The notes under the pieces: generated by a model
Told to the model about the DNA's origin: nothing
Database searches by the model: none
What the model saw: the letters and a program-made list of their open reading frames with translations, nothing else
Made by a program: the position numbers and the translations under genes
Shown: positions 36,771 through 43,278 of the stretch, in pieces
Numbering within the stretch: the stretch's first letter is position 1
How the letters are laid out: each line of letters opens with the position of its first letter
Virus record (IMG/VR): IMGVR_UViG_3300030095_000993
Coordinates: 1 to 43,278 of that record
DNA length: 43,278 bases
Source of the DNA: a virus
Lineage: Duplodnaviria > Caudoviricetes
Reading direction: 5' to 3' (one strand)

Positions 36771-38035
36771 AAACTTTACCTGTGTCAGACGAGTCAGAGA
36801 AGGGAGTGTTGGGTTCATGTTTATTAGACCCAAGTATTATAGGTAGAATTGATCTGCACGAGGAAGACTTCTATGATCCTCGTAATCAGAAGCTATGGGT
36901 ATCGCTGAAGGAACAGTATGCTCAAGGTAAAGCTATGGATGCTATTACGATTGGTGCATGGCTAAACGAGCATAACGAGCTAGAAGGTGTAGGTGGTTAT
37001 GACAGACTCATTGACCTTCAGGATGAAGCAGTCGTTTCTGCTCATTCTGAGCATTATACAGAGGGCGTGTTAAAAGCCTCTAGATTGCGTCAGGAGATCA
37101 AGGCATTACAAGATGGACTGGGTGTCGCCTATGATGGAGAAAGTGCCTCAGAGAGCGTTATAAGCGCCTTAATAAGGGCAAATGTCAGCGTTGAGAAAGG
37201 CCTCACCATAGAAGAGCATGGAGAGAAGTTTATTCAGGACTGTATCGATGCACAATGTGGTCACTTTGGATGGTGGTGTTCAGAGTGGACAGAGAAGCTA
37301 GGTAGACAGAAGAGTGAGTTGGTTTTATTACATGCTCCTCGATCAACTGGTAAGACTGCGATGATGCTACAATGGCAGATAGCCGCACATATGCGTGGAG
37401 ACAGAACCCCGCTTGCATCTATTGAAATGCTGAAGGGTGAGTTGCTACCTAGATACCTGGCTCATGTTGGGCAGATGGATACCTATCGCATGAAGGTAAG
37501 GCCAGTTGGTGCTACAGAAGATGAGGCAGATCGGGCAAGAAAGGCTTTGAAGACTGTAGCCTCGCTTGATCTATGCGTTCGTGATAAAGGTATGACCATT
37601 GAAGATATTCGTGGCTGGGCTGTGGCTGAATGGCGTAAAGGCGCACAGGCTATATTCATTGATAACTTGTTAAGCATATCTGATGGAGGAAAGAACTATG
37701 ATAGTAAGACTATTATGTATGATGATTTCATTCGTAAGTTCAGAGACTTGCGTGATGATTTACAGATACCTATTATTATCTTAGCACATCCGAATGCTAA
37801 TATGCAGATAGCATGGTCTAAGGATGTAGAGAACTTTGCTGATCAAATTATACTGTTAGCTAATGTTCCGTCTGAAGGTATAGATGTTAACGGAGAAACT
37901 GTTTACCAATTACCCTTGAGTGGCACACATGTTATTGCTAAGTTTCAAAAGAATAGACAAGGACTAAGCCCGGTGGCGAGCCTTGAGTTTGACGGAGTTA
38001 CACAAACATTTAAACACATACAATGGGAGACATAA
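36767..38035 (+). CDS. dnaB: Replicative DnaB-like helicase
   Basis: N-domain SEKGVLGSCLLD..EDFYDPRNQ, Walker A APRSTGKT, SIEM, Walker B IFIDNL, and KNRQG arginine finger. Confidence 0.88.
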   Translation: MKTLPVSDESEKGVLGSCLLDPSIIGRIDLHEEDFYDPRNQKLWVSLKEQYAQGKAMDAITIGAWLNEHNELEGVGGYDRLIDLQDEAVVSAHSEHYTEGVLKASRLRQEIKALQDGLGVAYDGESASESVISALIRANVSVEKGLTIEEHGEKFIQDCIDAQCGHFGWWCSEWTEKLGRQKSELVLLHAPRSTGKTAMMLQWQIAAHMRGDRTPLASIEMLKGELLPRYLAHVGQMDTYRMKVRPVGATEDEADRARKALKTVASLDLCVRDKGMTIEDIRGWAVAEWRKGAQAIFIDNLLSISDGGKNYDSKTIMYDDFIRKFRDLRDDLQIPIIILAHPNANMQIAWSKDVENFADQIILLANVPSEGIDVNGETVYQLPLSGTHVIAKFQKNRQGLSPVASLEFDGVTQTFKHIQWET

Positions 38036-39348
38036 TGTGGATATTACCAAAACAATTACACACCTTAGCCTCTGTTCTGGATACGGAGGAATCGGAGAAG
38101 GACTTAAATCAATTCTGCCAAGAGTGCGAGACATCGCTCATGTGGAGATCGAAGCCTTCGCTGTTGCGAACCTGGTTGCGAAGATGGAAAACGAATTACT
38201 GGATGAAGCTCCTATCTATACGGATGTTAAGACCTTCCCATACCAAGTATTTTGTGGATGCGTGGACATCCTTAGTGGTGGATTCCCATGCCAACCGTTT
38301 AGCTCCGCAGGAAATAGACAAGGTGTTGAAGACCCTCGTCACCTCTACCCCTACATCAGCAGAGGAATCAGTAAATGCAAACCTAGAATTGTTTTCCTCG
38401 AAAATGTTGAAGGAATCATCTCAAGCAAAACAGCAGACGGAGAATCAGTTCTCAAGTATGTCCTCAGCGACTTGGAAGAAATGGGTTACCGAGCAACGGC
38501 AGGAATATTCTCAGCGTCTGAAGTTGGCGCACCTCACCAGAGAAAACGAGTCTTCATCATGGGGTACTCCGAACACGAGGGACTACAAGGACACAATGAA
38601 CACAGTTCCTCCGAGTATAGGGAAAACGAGGGGTCTATCGTTGGGGCAGGGAGTGGCTGCGGAACTCCAGAAGAACTGGGCAACTCCGAGAGCGAGTGCA
38701 ACGGACTCAACGAGACCGAATGGGAAGGGGGGGATACCACTAGCACAACAAGCGAAGAACTGGAGGACACCAAGCGTTGCGGAAACGAAAAATCAATGCA
38801 ATTCTCAGCAGATTTATCTTCAAAATCAGGTGGGTGTAACGGAAAAGAAGGGCAAAAATTGGGCAACTCCCAACACAATGGACACGCTACCAGCACGGAG
38901 TCCAGAGAAGTTAGCGGAAGCCAAGAAGAAGGGTGGCTGCAAGAATCTACGGGAGGAAGTGATGAACTACCCGACACCCAGAACATCGGATGCGGAGGGC
39001 GGCCGGATAGAGACCTTCGTGGAGGACGGTTCGTTCAAGAGCAAGAGACACAAGAGCAATCAGACGTTCGGTGCGAAGCTGAGGGATGCGGTGGAGACTT
39101 TTCCAACACCAACAGCCAGGGATTGGAAGGGGTGCGGGAATGCAACACCTCGGAAAGATGGCAAACACCGAATGGACAACTTAGAAGCTATTGTGAAGCA
39201 TGGCCCGCAAGACCCAACGAACCACAGTACGAATGGGAAGAACCACGCACTAAACCCAAATTGGGTCGAGCAGCTAATGGGACTTCCAGTAGGGTGGACA
39301 GACTTAGGCTCTTGGGGAACGGAGTCGTGCCAGACACAGCAGCAGTAG
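38035..39348 (+). CDS. Overlapping-frame second polypeptide of the C5 MTase (motif IX plus repeated W-x-T-P modules)
   Basis: 437-codon frame nested on the MTase gene; TAATG coupling to dnaB; ends LNPNWVEQLMGLPVGWTD. Confidence 0.75.
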   Translation: MWILPKQLHTLASVLDTEESEKDLNQFCQECETSLMWRSKPSLLRTWLRRWKTNYWMKLLSIRMLRPSHTKYFVDAWTSLVVDSHANRLAPQEIDKVLKTLVTSTPTSAEESVNANLELFSSKMLKESSQAKQQTENQFSSMSSATWKKWVTEQRQEYSQRLKLAHLTRENESSSWGTPNTRDYKDTMNTVPPSIGKTRGLSLGQGVAAELQKNWATPRASATDSTRPNGKGGIPLAQQAKNWRTPSVAETKNQCNSQQIYLQNQVGVTEKKGKNWATPNTMDTLPARSPEKLAEAKKKGGCKNLREEVMNYPTPRTSDAEGGRIETFVEDGSFKSKRHKSNQTFGAKLRDAVETFPTPTARDWKGCGNATPRKDGKHRMDNLEAIVKHGPQDPTNHSTNGKNHALNPNWVEQLMGLPVGWTDLGSWGTESCQTQQQ

Positions 39349-39383
39349 CTTTCAAAACTCTTATAGGCAGACTTCTTGATTAG
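38037..39383 (+). CDS. DNA cytosine-5 methyltransferase, catalytic polypeptide
   Basis: Motifs I (LSLCSGYGG), IV (GFPCQPFS), VI (LENVEG), VIII (HQRKRVF) and X (LRLLGNGVVP). Probable GTG start after GGAGA. Confidence 0.9.
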   Translation: MDITKTITHLSLCSGYGGIGEGLKSILPRVRDIAHVEIEAFAVANLVAKMENELLDEAPIYTDVKTFPYQVFCGCVDILSGGFPCQPFSSAGNRQGVEDPRHLYPYISRGISKCKPRIVFLENVEGIISSKTADGESVLKYVLSDLEEMGYRATAGIFSASEVGAPHQRKRVFIMGYSEHEGLQGHNEHSSSEYRENEGSIVGAGSGCGTPEELGNSESECNGLNETEWEGGDTTSTTSEELEDTKRCGNEKSMQFSADLSSKSGGCNGKEGQKLGNSQHNGHATSTESREVSGSQEEGWLQESTGGSDELPDTQNIGCGGRPDRDLRGGRFVQEQETQEQSDVRCEAEGCGGDFSNTNSQGLEGVRECNTSERWQTPNGQLRSYCEAWPARPNEPQYEWEEPRTKPKLGRAANGTSSRVDRLRLLGNGVVPDTAAVAFKTLIGRLLD

Positions 39384-39537
39384 ATATATATACAGACAAA
39401 ATGGTGTTCGTAAAGTAAAAGAATTTCCGTATAAATATAAAGGAAAAGGCATTGACTATAAGCAACTCGACCCATACTATAAATGGTGTAAAGAGAATAA
39501 GACTGAACTTTTAAACTTAATAATAAATAATGACTAA
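39376..39537 (+). CDS. Small basic protein, 53 aa (TTG start; not in ORF track)
   Basis: An open frame fills the gap between the MTase and the SSB-like gene. Confidence 0.4.
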   Translation: MIRYIYRQNGVRKVKEFPYKYKGKGIDYKQLDPYYKWCKENKTELLNLIINND

Positions 39538-39556
39538 CTAACAAAAGGTAACTAAA

Positions 39557-40159
39557 ATGGCACTAACTACTATTGCAAGTAACAGCAAGATCATAACAGT
39601 AACCGAGGGTATGTTTACCCTTCGACTACCAGATAACTCAACACCAGAAGATGCACCTGCCGGGACTAAGTTCCGTAAACGCAAGTTGCAAGCAGGGCCT
39701 AATGAAGGTAAAGAAGTCTGCGAAGCATGTGCAGACGCATTGCCTGATAACATCATATCTAAAGCAGAGTTAGTTGATGGTTTTAAAAATCAAAACCTAC
39801 AGCTTACTTTAATTGATGAAAGTGACGATTCGTTCTTGCTGCAAATACCTGTAGGCAACAACCTATTCGGTGAGTTTGTAAAACGCATCCCAAATATTGA
39901 TCGAGAAAAAACTCTTTCTTTTATTATGGGTAAAGACAAAGCTAAGGGAAGAAGTTTCTTATGGCTGCAGCAAGATAACCAATCAGTTAAAATGGCATTT
40001 ACCAAAGATAACCCTAACGGTATGCCACCTTGGGAAGAAAAAACCGTTCAAGGTAAAAAACAATGGGACAGCACTGATCAGAATAATTTTCTGTATGACC
40101 TTGCTGTTAAATTTTGTGCTGAAGTGTCACCGCAGTATGAAGACGATGTTCCGTTTTAA
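39557..40159 (+). CDS. Probable single-stranded DNA-binding protein
   Basis: Acidic-aromatic tail YEDDVPF; replication context. Confidence 0.55.
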   Translation: MALTTIASNSKIITVTEGMFTLRLPDNSTPEDAPAGTKFRKRKLQAGPNEGKEVCEACADALPDNIISKAELVDGFKNQNLQLTLIDESDDSFLLQIPVGNNLFGEFVKRIPNIDREKTLSFIMGKDKAKGRSFLWLQQDNQSVKMAFTKDNPNGMPPWEEKTVQGKKQWDSTDQNNFLYDLAVKFCAEVSPQYEDDVPF

Positions 40160-40258
40160 TTTGCATTACTCCTCTACTCGTCTCTCAGAGGCATGTGCGT
40201 ATAGATAGGCGTTTTTCATGGGTGCGCTCACCACCTACTATCTAAGTGAGCAATTATT

Positions 40259-40684
40259 ATGCCTAAGCTCCCGCATAACAGAACCTGGTACACAAAGAAG
40301 CTAGTAGCCAAGGCCAAGGCTTGTGTAAAGATGCGTGACAACTACACCTGTCAGCACACTAGTCAGGTTGTATCTGGTAGTAACTGTCATGCAAGCCACG
40401 TTTTAAATGTGGGTACTCATAAGAACATGGAGCTAGACCCTACTAATATGAAGGTTCTGTCTTCTTACTCACATTTGCATTGGTGGCACAAAGATGTGCT
40501 ACACGCTACCGAATGGTTCAAAGCTAAGTTCCCGGAACGCTACGATTACCTTATGCGTATGTCTAAACTTGATTTTAAAATAACAACAGTACAAATGGCA
40601 GAGCTTCATGCAGATACAAAAGCAGACGGCTCGGATTATGGTGAAAAGTATTACAAACTAATTCAGGAGGTAATAAAATGTTAG
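40259..40684 (+). CDS. NinG/HNH-like nuclease
   Basis: VKMRDNYTCQ..CHASHV..N..L...HL pattern, with degenerate Zn ligands. Confidence 0.6.
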   Translation: MPKLPHNRTWYTKKLVAKAKACVKMRDNYTCQHTSQVVSGSNCHASHVLNVGTHKNMELDPTNMKVLSSYSHLHWWHKDVLHATEWFKAKFPERYDYLMRMSKLDFKITTVQMAELHADTKADGSDYGEKYYKLIQEVIKC

Positions 40685-40767
40685 AAGCAATGGGGGGAAT
40701 GGCAATGTCTTTTATATTAGTGCCATGTGTAATAGGAATGATATGGTTAAGTTTGGAGGGGAAATGA
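40678..40767 (+). CDS. Tiny membrane peptide (29 aa)
   Basis: AGGAGG RBS; MLEAMGGMAMSFILVPCVIGMIWLSLEGK. Confidence 0.5.
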   Translation: MLEAMGGMAMSFILVPCVIGMIWLSLEGK

Positions 40768-40871
40768 ACGATAATTTATTTTATGATGTTTTAATGTGCG
40801 CTTTAATAGGGTTATTGCTTGGTTGTTTGTATATGGGTATAATGGAGGCGATAGATGGCTTACAGCGTTGA
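40764..40871 (+). CDS. Tiny membrane peptide (35 aa)
   Basis: GGAGG RBS and ATGA overlap; hydrophobic core VLMCALIGLLLGCLYMGIM. Confidence 0.5.
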   Translation: MNDNLFYDVLMCALIGLLLGCLYMGIMEAIDGLQR

Positions 40872-41685
40872 AAAATGTTTAGAGATACGAGATCGTGTAG
40901 ATGAAATAGGTATCTACGAAACTGCGTTAGAGTATGGCATTAATACTGATAGCGTTAAAAGAGCATTACGTTACACTAAAGGGCATAAGGAGATTAATAA
41001 TAAGATTGCCGAAAGAAGAGATTGTAGAATTAACGGAGGCCATCGAGTCCTTTGTATAGGAGATTTACACGCACCCTTTGACCTTGACGAATACTTTGAC
41101 TTTGTATGCGAAATTAATGAACAGTATGAACCCACTCAAGTCGTGTTCATCGGTGATGTTATCGACAGCCACTATTCAAGCTACCACGAAACCGACCCCG
41201 ATGGTATGGGCGGCAGGGAAGAATTAGACCTGGCTATAGAAAGACTTAAGCGTTGGCATGATAAATTTTCAGATGCTTATGTAACTATTGGCAATCATGA
41301 TCGTATGGTAATGCGTAAGAGTCAGACTAGTCACATACCAAAGCGATGGATAAAATCTTATGCTGAAGTATTAGGCACACCCGGATGGTACTTTACTGAT
41401 CGGGTAGATATTGATGGCGTTCAGTACATACACGGAGAAGCGGGTACAGCCAGAACTAAATGTCGTGCTGATATGATGTCTACAGTACAAGGACACTTAC
41501 ACACACAAGCATATACTGATTGGCAAGTAGGTCGTAAGTTTAAAGTGTTTGGTATGCAAGTAGGATGCGGCATTGATTTTGACAGTTATGCTATGGCATA
41601 TGCCAGAGCAGGTAAAAAACCCGCTGTGGGATGCGGGATAATTATTAACGGTGAAGTAGCAATTAACAGGATGATGGAATTATGA
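40855..41685 (+). CDS. Calcineurin-like metallophosphoesterase with N-terminal HTH-like segment
   Basis: GDLH, GDVID, GNHD, HG and GHLH motifs. Confidence 0.88.
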   Translation: MAYSVEKCLEIRDRVDEIGIYETALEYGINTDSVKRALRYTKGHKEINNKIAERRDCRINGGHRVLCIGDLHAPFDLDEYFDFVCEINEQYEPTQVVFIGDVIDSHYSSYHETDPDGMGGREELDLAIERLKRWHDKFSDAYVTIGNHDRMVMRKSQTSHIPKRWIKSYAEVLGTPGWYFTDRVDIDGVQYIHGEAGTARTKCRADMMSTVQGHLHTQAYTDWQVGRKFKVFGMQVGCGIDFDSYAMAYARAGKKPAVGCGIIINGEVAINRMMEL

Positions 41686-41894
41686 GCATGGAAATAACAC
41701 TAGCAATTAAAAACGTATCTGTATCTATAAAAACAGATGGAGAAAATAGAGATGATGCTTTGGCATTATTTTTAACAGCATTAAGTTGGCACGAAGGTGA
41801 AGAAGTTATAGCTTATTTTCCTGACGATGATGACGACAACATTTATTGCGAAGGTATTGAGCCTTCAGAAGAGCGAGAGATCGAGGGTCTCTAG
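41682..41894 (+). CDS. Acidic hypothetical protein
   Basis: ATGA overlap; last plus-strand gene. Confidence 0.6.
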   Translation: MSMEITLAIKNVSVSIKTDGENRDDALALFLTALSWHEGEEVIAYFPDDDDDNIYCEGIEPSEEREIEGL

Positions 41895-41972
41895 TATTAA
41901 ATAACATAAAAAGAAAAGGAGAAAATAACCTTTCTAAAATTTAAAATAAACTATTGAAAACGCTGAATTAAG

Positions 41973-41996
41973 AGGGGCTTAATCGCCCCTTTTTTA
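41973..41996 (+). terminator. Terminator at the convergence of the two arms
   Basis: AGGGGC-TTAATC-GCCCCT followed by a T run; abuts the stop of the minus-strand peptide. Confidence 0.8.
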
Positions 41997-42056
41997 TTTG
42001 TCTAGCTTGATTACTTTAACGTAAGTCGAGCCTCGATAGTTGAGAGTCACTTCCAT
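41994..42056 (-). CDS. 20-aa YRG peptide (DUF4278-like)
   Basis: GGAGG RBS; MEVTLNYRGSTYVKVIKLDK with the LxYRGxxY motif; under the glutamine riboswitch. Confidence 0.8.
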   Translation of the reverse strand: MEVTLNYRGSTYVKVIKLDK

Positions 42057-42076
42057 TGTAATACCTCCAATGTTAG

Positions 42077-42126
42077 TGCGTTCCTTCGTACACTATGTAC
42101 TACTTCCGAGCCAAAGCTTGAACGAT
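42077..42126 (-). ncRNA. Glutamine riboswitch (glnA motif), copy 2
   Basis: Same as copy 1 except that the P2 loop is UUUG instead of AUAG. Confidence 0.85.
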
Positions 42127-42135
42127 CTTAATACC

Positions 42136-42163
42136 AATATATAAATACTAAACTCATTGTCAA
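42136..42163 (-). promoter_or_regulatory. Sigma70-type promoter, copy 2
   Basis: TTGACA-N16-TATATT; substitutions fall only in the spacer. Confidence 0.7.
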
Positions 42164-42324
42164 GAACTTAAAGGAGTTATTCTAAAATGCCCGATCATTT
42201 GCTCTATAGTTGATCTCCCATACATCTTCTGACAAGCTAATTCTAGAATCCTTCCTCGATGATACTGCTCTACTGTGACGATTGCTTCATTACCTTTGGG
42301 GTCAACAACTTTATACATAGACAT
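42160..42324 (-). CDS. Small hypothetical protein, 54 aa, homolog of 129-293
   Basis: MSMYKVVDPKGNEAIVTVEQYHRGRILELACQKMYGRSTIEQMIGHFRITPLSS. Confidence 0.8.
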   Translation of the reverse strand: MSMYKVVDPKGNEAIVTVEQYHRGRILELACQKMYGRSTIEQMIGHFRITPLSS

Positions 42325-42423
42325 ACGTCCTCCGTTAAGATTAAAAATAAAAGGGGGACATTTAGTAGTTTTAACGATGAGTCCCAGTCACCGCAACAAA
42401 GGGCAAGTATTACCCTAGGATTA

Positions 42424-42852
42424 CTACTTAACCTGTGACGACCCGAAGTAAAATCCGACAAGTGCTAGCATCGTCTGTCGAACTTCGGGTAATAAAACAT
42501 ATCCTTGCAACTCAATCCATCCGTTTCCATTATCGAACAACTGGCTTATACCCAGGAAACCTAACAAGCCTCCCTTTGAACCTGCCTCAATAGTAACTGG
42601 TTCGTTAAAGAACGCAAGAACAAATGGTGCAAATATTACTGCAAACAAAGTACACAACGCAATAGTTCTACGCACGACAGCACCTGCCACACCATCACGT
42701 TTAGCGGCTCGATCAGCAGACTCATCAGCGAGTTGCTGTTTCTTAATCATAGACTCTACCATATTGGTTTGAGCCTGTGCTTGTGCGGCTATCAGTTTCA
42801 TCACGAAACCAGACAAGCTGCCACCTAACATTGCTAGCAGTTCAACACTCAT
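42424..42852 (-). CDS. Membrane protein, possible holin; homolog of 365-790
   Basis: Near-identical protein with many synonymous changes. Confidence 0.65.
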   Translation of the reverse strand: MSVELLAMLGGSLSGFVMKLIAAQAQAQTNMVESMIKKQQLADESADRAAKRDGVAGAVVRRTIALCTLFAVIFAPFVLAFFNEPVTIEAGSKGGLLGFLGISQLFDNGNGWIELQGYVLLPEVRQTMLALVGFYFGSSQVK

Positions 42853-42962
42853 TAATAACCCTTTTTCTTTGTCATTTTCTTGCCAGTTTTCTTAGCCATT
42901 TCCTTAGCGGCGGCCATACCTTTTTTAGTATATTTAAACTTCTTCTTACCTACCATTGGCAT
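42852..42962 (-). CDS. Lys-rich peptide, 36 aa (not in ORF track)
   Basis: AAGGAG RBS and TAATG coupling; MPMVGKKKFKYTKKGMAAAKEMAKKTGKKMTKKKGY. Confidence 0.7.
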   Translation of the reverse strand: MPMVGKKKFKYTKKGMAAAKEMAKKTGKKMTKKKGY

Positions 42963-42972
42963 AACAATCTCC

Positions 42973-43257
42973 TTACCATTTAACTTTATCTGCCCAATAA
43001 GCAGCACTCATTTTTCCCTTAGAAATATTAGCTCGATGCCGAGCCTTGAATGATTTGCGTTTCATCTTCATACGCTTTGATTCACCTGCTTTAGGCTTAC
43101 CTGCTGTACTAGCACCTTGCTGTCCGAATCGAATAGTTTTAACTTTGTCTCCAACCTTAGCTACAACAATGTGCGACTTCTTAGGATGGTTGGGAGTGCG
43201 CTTTGGTTTATTGAACCCTGATACACCTGCTCTTTTTAATCGTGGGTCTTTAGCCAT
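42973..43257 (-). CDS. Highly basic conserved phage protein (94 aa)
   Basis: GAGG RBS; KTIRFGQQG...RKSFKARH..SAAYWADKVKW. Confidence 0.8.
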   Translation of the reverse strand: MAKDPRLKRAGVSGFNKPKRTPNHPKKSHIVVAKVGDKVKTIRFGQQGASTAGKPKAGESKRMKMKRKSFKARHRANISKGKMSAAYWADKVKW

Positions 43258-43278
43258 TATCTATACCTCGCTGTTTTT

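Larger units (their letters stand above)
42032..42852. repeat. Right, diverged copy of 1-790
   Basis: 81 nt exact, then colinear divergence. Confidence 0.95.

Noticed and set aside
38534-39452. Minus-strand ORFs over the MTase
   Set aside because: A by-product of the stop-poor dual-coding region; no motifs.
42345-42420. Hairpins resembling a tRNA 3' end/attP or a ZTP riboswitch fragment
   Set aside because: No full T-loop or CCA, no downstream ZTP element, and no integrase; absent from copy 1.
1-43278. Restriction-site avoidance revealing the MTase targets
   Set aside because: Needs k-mer statistics I cannot compute; GATC, CCGG, GGCC and GCGC all occur.

Overview
This window is an essentially complete ~42 kb tailed-phage genome, probably marine. 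A T7-like/podovirus morphogenesis arm lies on the minus strand (about 32050 to 1): terminase, portal, lysozyme, scaffold, major capsid, tail tubular A/B, internal virion proteins, a LamG tail protein, a tail fibre and a membrane cassette. An early/replication arm lies on the plus strand (about 32450-41900): small early genes, HIRAN, a wHTH initiator, DnaB, a C5 methyltransferase, an SSB-like protein, a NinG-like nuclease and a metallophosphoesterase. I found no RNA polymerase, DNA polymerase, integrase, tRNA or CRISPR array. Bases 1-81 recur exactly at 42032-42112, which implies a 42,031-bp circle. The sequence after that is a diverged sister copy, so the last ~1.2 kb is probably chimeric. Highlights: (1) a 2987-aa gp16-position polyvalent protein with an HExxH metallopeptidase and a C5 DNA methyltransferase, whose modules are delimited by a recurring (G)K[F/A/T]QL motif and may form a self-processing injected polyprotein; (2) a second C5 MTase split over two almost fully overlapping reading frames, one carrying six W-x-T-P repeats; (3) a glutamine (glnA-type) riboswitch ahead of a 20-aa YRG peptide; (4) a type II hammerhead ribozyme in the early operon; (5) a phage PEP-CTERM ORF overlapped by an unlisted membrane ORF. 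All calls come from reading motifs by eye; no searches or folding programs were run.
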